NCBI RefSeq assembly: GCF_000014785.1 | Contig: NC_008340.1 | Span: forward strand, 2,610,001 to 2,642,000 | Reading direction: 5' to 3' | Length of the DNA stretch: 32,000 bases | From: Alkalilimnicola ehrlichii MLHE-1 | GTDB taxonomy: Bacteria; Pseudomonadota; Gammaproteobacteria; Nitrococcales; Halorhodospiraceae | Shown here: positions 24,806 to 32,000 of the stretch, piece after piece | How positions within the stretch are numbered: the stretch's first letter is position 1 | Layout of the letters: each line of letters opens with the position of its first letter | Made by a program: the position numbers and the translations under genes | Notes under the pieces: generated by a model | The model's input: only the letters and a program-made list of their open reading frames with translations | Databases searched by the model: none | Told to the model about the DNA's origin: nothing

Positions 24806-25512
24806 AAGTCGCCATCATCCCCGCACGCGGCGGCAGCAAGCGCATCCCGCGCAAGAACATCCGCGGATTCGCCGGCAAGCCGATGATCGCCTGGTCGATC
24901 GAGGCGGCCAGGGCGAGCGGCTGCTTCGACCGTGTCATCGTCTCCACGGACGACGACGAGATCGCCGGGGTGGCGAGACAGTGGGGTGCCGAGGTACCGT
25001 TCATGCGCCCTGCGGAACTGGCGGACGACCACACGGGCACCATCCCCGTGATCGCCCACGCCATCGACTGGTTGAACGAGCACGGGGAGACGCCGGACAG
25101 GGTGTGCTGCGTGTACGCCACCGCCCCGTTCGTCCAGGCCGGGGATCTGCGTCGGGGCCTGGAAGCGCTGGAGGAGCGGCAAGCCGACTATGCCTTCTCG
25201 GCCACCAGCTATGCCTTCCCCATCCAGCGGGCACTGCGCATCACCGACGACGGGCACGTGGCGATGTTCCAGCCCGAACACTTCGCCACCCGCTCCCAGG
25301 ACCTCGAAGAGGCCTGGCACGATGCCGGCCAGTTCTACTGGGGGCGCGCCGAGGCCTGGCGTACCGGCACCCCGATCTTTTCCGAACGCGCCGTGCCGGT
25401 CATCCTGCCACGTCACCGCGTCCAGGATATCGACACCCCCGAGGACTGGAAACGTGCCGAATGGCTCTTCCGAGCCTGGCAGGCCCAGGAAGGCGAGAGC
25501 GAGGGTCGATGA
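24802..25512 (+). CDS. pseF: Pseudaminic acid cytidylyltransferase
   Basis: MKVAIIPARGGSKRIPRKNI is the CMP-nonulosonate synthetase N-terminus. Its position between pseC and pseG supports the call. Confidence 0.85.
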   Translation: MKVAIIPARGGSKRIPRKNIRGFAGKPMIAWSIEAARASGCFDRVIVSTDDDEIAGVARQWGAEVPFMRPAELADDHTGTIPVIAHAIDWLNEHGETPDRVCCVYATAPFVQAGDLRRGLEALEERQADYAFSATSYAFPIQRALRITDDGHVAMFQPEHFATRSQDLEEAWHDAGQFYWGRAEAWRTGTPIFSERAVPVILPRHRVQDIDTPEDWKRAEWLFRAWQAQEGESEGR

Positions 25513-26714
25513 CGATGGCCGTGGCAGCGCAACACAGGACAACGACTGGCGGGATGCGCGTCGCCTTCCGCGTGGACGCCTCCCTGGCGATCGGATCGGG
25601 TCACGTCATGCGCTGCCTCACCCTCGCCGGGGCACTGTGCGAGCAGGGCGCGGACTGCCATTTCCTCTGCCGCGAGCCGCAAGGTCATCTCAACAGTCAG
25701 ATAGCCGAGCGGGGATTTGCGGTTCATCGTCTGCCCGCGGTAGAGGATGGCTCGATAACGTCGCCCGCCGGTTCGGGCCGTTCAGCGAGCGTGGATGACG
25801 AACCACCGCAACCGAAACACGCCGAGTGGCTGCAAACCACCCAGGCGACCGATGCCCGCCAGAGTCTCGAAACGCTGCGAGAGCTGGCACCGGACTGGCT
25901 GATCGTCGACCACTACGCACTGGATGCCCAGTGGGAGGCGCGGGTTCGAGAGGCCATTCCGGGGATGCGCGTCATGGTCATCGACGATCTGGCCGACCGC
26001 CTGCACCAGGCCGACCTGCTGCTGGACCAGAACCTGGGCCGCAAGGCCGAGGACTACCGTGACCTCGTCCCGGCCCACTGCCGCCTTCTCGTCGGGCCGA
26101 AGTACGCCCTGTTGCGCCCGGAATTCGCCGAATGGCGGGAATGGAGCCTGGAACGCCGACAGGAGAACGGGCCGGTCAGGCGGCTGCTGGTCAGCCTCGG
26201 CGGCGTGGACAGGGACAACGTCACCGGGCAGGTCCTCGATGCCTTGTCCGAAGTCGAGTTGTCGAAAGAAATGGAAATCACCGTGGTCATGGGCGCATCC
26301 GCCCCTTGGCTTGAAGCGGTTCGGGGCCGCGCCCGGCAGATGCCGTGTTCGACGGAAGTCGTGGTTAACGTCGATGACATGGCCCGGCGCATGGCCGAGG
26401 CCAATCTTGCCATCGGCGCGGCGGGCAGCACGGCGTGGGAGCGCTGCTGTCTTGGCTTGCCGACCATCGTGCTGGTGCTGGCGGAGAATCAGCGGGAGAT
26501 CGCGCGAAGCCTGCATCGTGCGGGTGTGGCTCATTCACTTGGTGCCCCTGATGCATTGTTCGATCTGGTTGGCCAATGGCCAATGATCACCCAGCCAGAG
26601 TACTTGAAAGGCCTGAGCCGGAAGGCCGCAAGCCTGGTGGATGGCCGTGGTGCCGTCCGTGTGCGGAATGGGCTGATGGGCGTTGAGATGGCGAACGAGG
26701 CGAACGATGGTTGA
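25509..26714 (+). CDS. pseG: UDP-2,4-diacetamido-2,4,6-trideoxy-beta-L-altropyranose hydrolase
   Basis: FRVDASLAIGSGHVMRCLTLAGAL is the PseG N-terminus, plus a GT-B-like C-terminal half (GAAGSTAWERCCLGLP). ATGA overlap with pseF. An internal start near 25551 is possible. Confidence 0.75.
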   Translation: MTMAVAAQHRTTTGGMRVAFRVDASLAIGSGHVMRCLTLAGALCEQGADCHFLCREPQGHLNSQIAERGFAVHRLPAVEDGSITSPAGSGRSASVDDEPPQPKHAEWLQTTQATDARQSLETLRELAPDWLIVDHYALDAQWEARVREAIPGMRVMVIDDLADRLHQADLLLDQNLGRKAEDYRDLVPAHCRLLVGPKYALLRPEFAEWREWSLERRQENGPVRRLLVSLGGVDRDNVTGQVLDALSEVELSKEMEITVVMGASAPWLEAVRGRARQMPCSTEVVVNVDDMARRMAEANLAIGAAGSTAWERCCLGLPTIVLVLAENQREIARSLHRAGVAHSLGAPDALFDLVGQWPMITQPEYLKGLSRKAASLVDGRGAVRVRNGLMGVEMANEANDG

Positions 26715-27237
26715 GCAGCAGGCTGGTCTCAGACCGATCGAGGCGAATGATCTGGAAGTGGTGCGCGGCTGGCGCAATCACCCGAAGGTCAGGGCGTACA
26801 TGTATACCAGGCACGAGATAGGGGCCGAAGAGCACCTGGCCTGGTTCGAACGGGTGCGTCATGACGAATCCCGCCATGCAATGATTTTCGAGATCGATCA
26901 CCAGCCCATTGGGTTTGTACAGTTCTCCGTTGTCGACGTGAAAGCCGGGCGAGCCGACTGGGGCTTCTACCTGGCTCCGGATGCCCCGCGAGGCAGCGGT
27001 TACCAGCTAGGGGAAAGCGCGTTGACGCACGCTTTCGGCCAGCTTTTGCTGCACAAGGTCTGCGGGGAGGCCCTGGCATTCAACGAGCGCTCCATTCGTT
27101 TTCATGAGCGTCTCGGTTTCACGAAAGAAGCCTCGCTGCGAGATCACCACTTTGACGGTGAGACGTACCATGATGTCGTCGGATTCGGTTTGTTGTCCGC
27201 CGAATGGAATGAGAGGAAAGAAGCCAAGTGTCCATGA
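26707..27237 (+). CDS. pseH: UDP-4-amino-4,6-dideoxy-N-acetyl-beta-L-altrosamine N-acetyltransferase (GNAT)
   Basis: LRPIEANDLEVVRGWRNHPKVRAYMYT...EHLAWF plus a GNAT core (RGSGYQLGE..., FHERLGF). The pathway position supports the call. Confidence 0.75.
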   Translation: MVEQQAGLRPIEANDLEVVRGWRNHPKVRAYMYTRHEIGAEEHLAWFERVRHDESRHAMIFEIDHQPIGFVQFSVVDVKAGRADWGFYLAPDAPRGSGYQLGESALTHAFGQLLLHKVCGEALAFNERSIRFHERLGFTKEASLRDHHFDGETYHDVVGFGLLSAEWNERKEAKCP

Positions 27238-28286
27238 GTGATCCGCACATTGTCATTGACGAGCGCCGCATTGGGGCCGACGAGCTGCCCTACGTGATTG
27301 CTGAACTTTCCGCCAACCACAATGGCAAGCTCGAAACCGCGTTGAAGATAATCGATGAAGCGAAGCAGGCTGGAGCGGATGCCGTCAAGCTGCAGACCTA
27401 TCGCCCGGATACCATCACGCTGGATTGCGACAGCGAGGACTTCCAGATCCATGGTGGTCCGTGGGACGGTCGTACCCTCTACGAGCTGTACGAAGAAGCC
27501 CACATGCCCTGGGAATGGCACAAGCCGCTCTTCGATCATGCCCGCAAGCTGGGCGTCACCATCTTCAGTTCGCCCTTCGACACCACGGCGGTCGACCTGC
27601 TCGAAGACCTTGGCGCACCGGCCTACAAGATCGCCTCCTTCGAGGCCGTCGACCTGCCGCTGATCGAGTACGTCGCCAGCACCGGCAAGCCCATGATCAT
27701 CTCCACCGGCATGGCGGACGCCGAGGAGATCCAGGAAGCCATCGACGCCGCCCGCGGCGCCGGCTGCGAGCAGTTGGCCATCCTCCACTGCGTCAGCGGC
27801 TACCCGGCCCCGGCCGAGGACTACAACCTGCGCACCATCCCGGACATGATCGACCGCTTCGGCCTGGTCACCGGCCTGTCCGACCACACGCTCGACAACA
27901 CCACCGCCATCACCAGCGTCGCTCTGGGTGCCAGCGTGATCGAGAAACACTTCACCCTCGACCGCAACGGCGGCGGCCCCGACGACAGCTTCTCCCTTGA
28001 ACCCCCGGAACTCGCCGCCCTGTGCCGCGACAGCAAGACCGCTTGGCAGGCGCTGGGCAAGGTCGATTACGGCCGCAAGTCCAGTGAGCAGGGTAACGTC
28101 AAGTTTCGGCGGTCGCTCTACTTTGTCAAGGATCTCAAGGCGGGGGATGTCATTACCGAGGATGCGGTAAGGAGTGTGAGGCCGGGGTTCGGGGTTGAGC
28201 CTAAGCATATTAACGACATATTGGGAAGGAAGGTGGTCCGTGATATTAGGCGACGAACCGCAGTCCGAAAAGTTGATATTTCGTGA
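27234..28286 (+). CDS. pseI: Pseudaminic acid synthase
   Basis: PYVIAELSANHNGKLETALKIIDEAKQAGADAVKLQTY, SPFD, KIASFE, STGMA, LHCVSGYP and a C-terminal SAF-like region. ATGA overlap with pseH. Confidence 0.9.
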   Translation: MSDPHIVIDERRIGADELPYVIAELSANHNGKLETALKIIDEAKQAGADAVKLQTYRPDTITLDCDSEDFQIHGGPWDGRTLYELYEEAHMPWEWHKPLFDHARKLGVTIFSSPFDTTAVDLLEDLGAPAYKIASFEAVDLPLIEYVASTGKPMIISTGMADAEEIQEAIDAARGAGCEQLAILHCVSGYPAPAEDYNLRTIPDMIDRFGLVTGLSDHTLDNTTAITSVALGASVIEKHFTLDRNGGGPDDSFSLEPPELAALCRDSKTAWQALGKVDYGRKSSEQGNVKFRRSLYFVKDLKAGDVITEDAVRSVRPGFGVEPKHINDILGRKVVRDIRRRTAVRKVDIS

Positions 28287-28470
28287 TTTGAGCCACTCTT
28301 ATGACCGCAAACCATTTACAACGTTAGCCAAGGTGCATTTCAAGACACCATATTCCAAGCCTAAGTTTAAAGCGGAAGTTTTAAACGAAATCTCTTTAAA
28401 CACTTCTCTATGCAATCCAGCGACAATGGAACGATCTTTTTAACTCGGCCTAGTGTAATGAGAAAATAAA

Positions 28471-29400
28471 ATGATCGATAGATCGATTTTCGTGTGTGGT
28501 TGTGAGCGCAGTGGCACTACCATGCTAGGTGCCCTTTTGGGAGCGGCTTCCGGCTGTGTAGCCACGCCAGAATCACAGTTTAAGTTTGATGGGATCAATG
28601 CAATAAGCGATGAGCTTGACACTAAAACCATTTATGACCTATTTGTGTCCAGTTATAGATTTAAGTTGTGGCAGGTCGCACCCCCGTCGATTAAAGATAT
28701 AGAAGGAGTAAACTCACTCAAAGGCCTGCTTTTCTTGTTCGTAAAGGAGTATGCCAAGCAGAAAGGAAAGAATTTGGACCGGCTGCACACATGGGTCGAT
28801 CATACTCCAGGCAATATTGATCACATTCAAAGATTATACACAGAATTCCCAAATAGTATGTTTGTTCATGTCATACGGGACGGCCGAGCGGTTACAGCGT
28901 CCATGAAATCACTACGGTGGGGAGCGCGCACGGCATTTGACGGGGCGGATATTTGGCAAAAGAAAGTCGCCCGAGGATTGGCTGCAAGTCACCTCAATCC
29001 AAGCTATGTCTACACCGTTCGATATGAGGATTTGGTTCTTGATCCCGTCCATGAAATGAAAAATCTATGCAGTTTTTTAGGAGTCGACTTTGAAGAAAGG
29101 ATCTTTAGATCTAACTCGTTCGAGGTCCCGGAATACACTCAAAGCCAGCACAAACTGGTCGGTAAAAAACAAGACCCTGACAGAATATCCGCGTGGAGGT
29201 CCGCTTTATCGGCAAGAGAGGTCGAGGTTTTTGAATACCTGACCGGAGATATGTTGTCCTCTTTGGGCTATGAAAAAGTGTTTTCCCGACCTAGGAGGGT
29301 TACATACCCCGAATGGATCCTTTTTCTTATAAAGGCAGCGGAAGGTAAGGTGGCGACTAAGTTATATCAGCGGGGGGCAAGGAAAAAATTCCAGTCCTGA
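28471..29400 (+). CDS. Sulfotransferase-family protein (309 aa), low-GC gene
   Basis: PAPS 5'-phosphosulfate loop-like CGCERSGTTMLG and 3'-phosphate motif-like VIRDGRAVTAS. GC is about 42-45%, against about 65% upstream. Confidence 0.75.
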   Translation: MIDRSIFVCGCERSGTTMLGALLGAASGCVATPESQFKFDGINAISDELDTKTIYDLFVSSYRFKLWQVAPPSIKDIEGVNSLKGLLFLFVKEYAKQKGKNLDRLHTWVDHTPGNIDHIQRLYTEFPNSMFVHVIRDGRAVTASMKSLRWGARTAFDGADIWQKKVARGLAASHLNPSYVYTVRYEDLVLDPVHEMKNLCSFLGVDFEERIFRSNSFEVPEYTQSQHKLVGKKQDPDRISAWRSALSAREVEVFEYLTGDMLSSLGYEKVFSRPRRVTYPEWILFLIKAAEGKVATKLYQRGARKKFQS

Positions 29401-29419
29401 CGACTGATATTTCTTTTTT
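29392..29419 (+). terminator. Weak intrinsic-terminator candidate after the sulfotransferase gene
   Basis: A 5-bp stem CAGTC/GACTG with a 5-nt loop overlaps the stop and is followed by ATATTTCTTTTTT. The stem is short, so this is tentative. Confidence 0.3.
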
Positions 29420-29599
29420 CACCTAGTTGCTCGTATTCTGGTTCAATCAAGCCTTAGTTTGAGGTCCTTTCGCGAATCGTGTGGGTAACGGGGCCTTACG
29501 GTGGGGGTAGCGGCGAGGTGGGCACCCCCTATATCTTGTGGCGGGACTCAACCAGTGTCGGGTCCCGTGCGGTGGCTGTCAAGGTAGTTGGCACCTGAA

Positions 29600-30658
29600 T
29601 CATGCCGTTTCTAATTGAGCATTGTGACCATGGCACTCACGCTCGGGGTTGAGCCAGACAGCACCCACTGGCTGCCAGTTTCGGGTCCGACCCGGCCAGC
29701 GCCCGGGGTTTTGGACACGTGCCCGCTCGTACTGGCGGGCCCGCCGGGCGAGAATGGCGCGGTCGTCGCCGCTATGCCGCTGCGCGGGGGTGACATAGCG
29801 AATGGCGCTGTGTCGGTGTTCGTGGTTATACCAGCGCTCGAAGCTCAGCACCCACTCGCGGGCCTGGGCCAGGTCCCGGAAGCCGTCCACCGGGTAATCG
29901 GGGCGGTACTTGCAATGGCGGAACAGCGCCTCGGAGAAGGGATTGTCGTCAGATACCTGCGGCCGGCTGTGGGAGCGGATGATCCCGAGTCGTTCCAGGG
30001 TCACGCGCACGGTCGAGCCCTTCATCGCGCTGCCATTGTCGGCGTGCAGGACGAGTGGAGTGCCATGACAGCCTTCCCGCAGCACCGTTCGTTCGATCAG
30101 CCGGGCACTGTTGAGCGCGGTCTCGTTCTCGAAGACCTCCGCGCCCACGATCTTGCGGCTGTAGATGTCGATGATCAGGTACAGATAGAAGTACACGCCG
30201 CGAACGGCCGAGGGGAGGTAGGTGACATCCCACGTCCAAACGGCGTTCGGTTGGTCCGCCCGGTGAGACGCCGGTGCGCCCATCTGGCGCGGCGTCCTTG
30301 CCCGGCCACGCCGGTTCTGCTCGCCGGCATCGCGCAGGATGCGGTAGAACGTCGACTCCGAGGCCAGGTAGCAGTCGTGCTCGTCCAACAACCGCGGCAC
30401 GATCTGCGCTGGCGGCAGGCTGGCATACTCGGGCAGATGGCATGTGGCCAGCACCGCCTGGCGCTCGGCATCACTCAGTGCGTACTGCGGACAAGGCCGG
30501 TGCGCCGTGGGCCGACGGTCCTCACCGCCACGCGACCAACGCCGGTACGTGTTGGGGCCGATCCCCAACACGGCACACGCGGACTTCAGCCGAGCACCGT
30601 CGCGCCGGGCTTCATCGACCAGCCTGATGGCTCGATTGCGATCTGCGGTGCTGGTCAT
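29600..30658 (-). CDS. IS3-family transposase OrfB (DDE/rve integrase core), 352 aa
   Basis: WTWDVTYL, LVLHADNGSAM and YNHEHRHSAIRYVTPAQRH are typical rve-domain blocks. Its ATG overlaps the orfA stop (ATGA) and is in the -1 frame relative to orfA. Confidence 0.9.
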   Translation of the reverse strand: MTSTADRNRAIRLVDEARRDGARLKSACAVLGIGPNTYRRWSRGGEDRRPTAHRPCPQYALSDAERQAVLATCHLPEYASLPPAQIVPRLLDEHDCYLASESTFYRILRDAGEQNRRGRARTPRQMGAPASHRADQPNAVWTWDVTYLPSAVRGVYFYLYLIIDIYSRKIVGAEVFENETALNSARLIERTVLREGCHGTPLVLHADNGSAMKGSTVRVTLERLGIIRSHSRPQVSDDNPFSEALFRHCKYRPDYPVDGFRDLAQAREWVLSFERWYNHEHRHSAIRYVTPAQRHSGDDRAILARRARQYERARVQNPGRWPGRTRNWQPVGAVWLNPERECHGHNAQLETA

Positions 30659-31146
30659 TCGTCCTCGTCCCCCCAGATCGCATGGGCTTTTTTTCGCAAC
30701 GTCAGCAAGGCCGCTGTCTCGGCCAGCGCGGCCTCCTTGCGTTTGAGCTCGCGCTGTAGTTTCCGGCTACGCTTGCGCTCCTGCTTGAGGGCATCGCCCT
30801 CGCGCTGGGAGGCGGCCTGGCTCAGGTCGTTGCCTTGTTCGCAGGCCAGCCGCCAACGCCGAACCTGTTCCGGGTACAGGCCTCGTCTGCGGCAGTATTC
30901 GGCGAGCTCCGCCTCCGACAAAGACGCGGTTTCCAGCACCGCATTGAACTTGTCCCGGGAACTCCAGCCCTCCGGGTCACAACCCCCTTCAGGCAGCAAC
31001 TGGCCGCTCTGGCGGGCCTGCTTGCGCCAAAGGTATATCGTTGCCGCCGAGATACCTTCCTCGGCAGCGACCTCCGGGACCGACCGGTTATGTGGCGCCC
31101 GGAGCTTGTTCAACACCGCTTCCTTGCGCTCGGTGGAATACTTCAT
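30655..31146 (-). CDS. IS3-family transposase OrfA (HTH), 163 aa
   Basis: MKYSTERKEAVLNKL...VPEVAAEEGISAATIYLWRKQ HTH, followed by a coiled-coil/leucine-zipper-like region. Confidence 0.85.
   Translation of the reverse strand: MKYSTERKEAVLNKLRAPHNRSVPEVAAEEGISAATIYLWRKQARQSGQLLPEGGCDPEGWSSRDKFNAVLETASLSEAELAEYCRRRGLYPEQVRRWRLACEQGNDLSQAASQREGDALKQERKRSRKLQRELKRKEAALAETAALLTLRKKAHAIWGDEDE
30688..30694 (-). promoter_or_regulatory. Programmed -1 ribosomal frameshift site (A AAA AAA G) for OrfAB fusion
   Basis: The minus strand reads CGA AAA AAA GCC near the end of orfA. A -1 slip gives ...KKSPCDLGGRGRMTSTADRN, in frame with orfB. Confidence 0.7.
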
Positions 31147-31266
31147 CGGAACCTCTCTGCGCCCCCCTGTTCAGGTTCAAACTCTAACACCAGGTGAAGT
31201 TCCAACTAGCTTGACAGTGGGGGATGCCTAGAGGCGTCGATGCAATCATCAGGGACCTGACATTTT

Positions 31267-32000
31267 ATGCATTCTAAGAAAAAAACTTTATACATTTTGA
31301 TGGAGCTAAAACGTCGCGAGCTCGAAGGCAAGATGCTCTTGGCGCATGAAGCGGCCGCTCAAGGTTTTCGGGTAATATTAGGGTCGCAGGATTATATTAA
31401 GCGTGCGTTTGAATATGGATTTTTCCCGCCAGGGATTTACATGGATAAGTCCTTGGCAAAGGCAAAGGCACGGGAGCTAAATAAAAGATCGAAGGAAGGG
31501 TGTGTAATCGTATCTCAGGATGAAGAAGGGGGGTTTTTGGATCGAGATTCAGTCAAGTTCGTCAAGTTTCGAAGCTCAGGGGAAACAGTAAGTGCCGCCA
31601 GCGCAATTTTCGCATGGGGTGAATTGGACGCTGATGGCTGGAAATATTGTTATCCCCAGGCGCGCGATAAAATTTTCATCACCGGTTCCCCGCGGGTGGA
31701 CTTCTGGAGGAAAGATTTTGAAAGTTTTTTCTCAAATGATATCGACAGGATTCAAGAAGAATATGGTAGTTTCGTTCTTATTCCCTCGAATTTTTCTCTC
31801 GCGAACCCTCTCGCTATAGAAACGGATCTTCTTGAGCAGGCGAAACAGAGTGGGAGGGTTCAATCTGCTCGTGAAGAACGAGAGTTTTTAAAGCTTATTG
31901 AGGATATCGGAAAGATATTTGACGAATATGTTTCGTTAATAAATTATCTTGCAGACATATTTCCTGAAGTCAACTTCGTTGTCCGTCCGCATCCTTCCGA
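31267..32000 (+). CDS. Partial (3' end outside window) low-GC gene, putative surface-carbohydrate biosynthesis protein
   Basis: My own translation from ATG 31267 is open to the window end (244 codons): MHSKKKTLYILMELKRRELEGKMLLAHEAAAQGFRVILGSQDYIK...ITGSPRVDFW...NFVVRPHPS. It is absent from the ORF track because no stop is reached. The function is a guess from locus context and the N-terminal pattern. Confidence 0.6.
   Translation, partial: MHSKKKTLYILMELKRRELEGKMLLAHEAAAQGFRVILGSQDYIKRAFEYGFFPPGIYMDKSLAKAKARELNKRSKEGCVIVSQDEEGGFLDRDSVKFVKFRSSGETVSAASAIFAWGELDADGWKYCYPQARDKIFITGSPRVDFWRKDFESFFSNDIDRIQEEYGSFVLIPSNFSLANPLAIETDLLEQAKQSGRVQSAREEREFLKLIEDIGKIFDEYVSLINYLADIFPEVNFVVRPHPS

Larger units (their letters stand above)
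29576..31217 (-). mobile_element. IS3-family insertion sequence (about 1.64 kb) with imperfect terminal inverted repeats and a putative 3-bp target duplication
   Basis: Ends CTGTCAAGGTAGTTGGCACCT (29576->) and CTGTCAAGCTAGTTGGAACTT (reverse complement of ->31217) match 18/21. TGG flanks both ends (29573-29575 and 31218-31220). orfA/orfB architecture with an A7G slippery site. Confidence 0.85.

Noticed and set aside
28195-28443. 82-aa ORF overlapping the pseI 3' end and the following spacer
   Set aside because: It is out of frame with pseI over 90 nt, with no RBS and no recognisable motif. It is probably a chance ORF in the AT-richer junction.
29615-31231. 538-aa plus-strand ORF across the IS element
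   Set aside because: It is antisense to both transposase genes and has no recognisable domains. The minus-strand orfA/orfB have clear IS3 signatures.

Overview
High-GC (about 65%) proteobacterial chromosome segment in two parts. (A) Bases 1-16632 are an accessory island. Every gene is on the + strand. Small autonomous modules are separated by eight tandem arrays of one family of about 94-bp imperfect-hairpin repeats, about 3.4 kb of repeat DNA in total. The modules are a regulator fragment plus ParA-like ATPase, hipBA, a lipoprotein with glycosyltransferase debris, vapBC, an mqsRA-secB-like toxin-antitoxin-chaperone locus, a decayed second hipBA, an uncharacterised translationally coupled 144-aa/444-aa pair, a solitary beta-CASP MBL nuclease, and an AAA-ATPase/DUF4276 pair flanked by a 46-bp direct repeat. 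(B) Bases 16633-32000 are a surface-glycan locus: a MarR-type EPS regulator, rfbBDAC (dTDP-rhamnose), a fused ABC exporter and a complete pseBCFGHI pseudaminic-acid pathway. It ends in a low-GC (about 42-45%) tail with a sulfotransferase, an IS3-family insertion and a partial carbohydrate-biosynthesis gene. No rRNA, tRNA or CRISPR was recognised. The most unusual signal is the cassette-like organisation of TA/defence modules delimited by polar hairpin-repeat arrays, with no integron hallmarks. The unknown 10332-12097 operon is the best candidate for a new two-gene system. All functional calls rest on motif recognition by eye, not on database searches.
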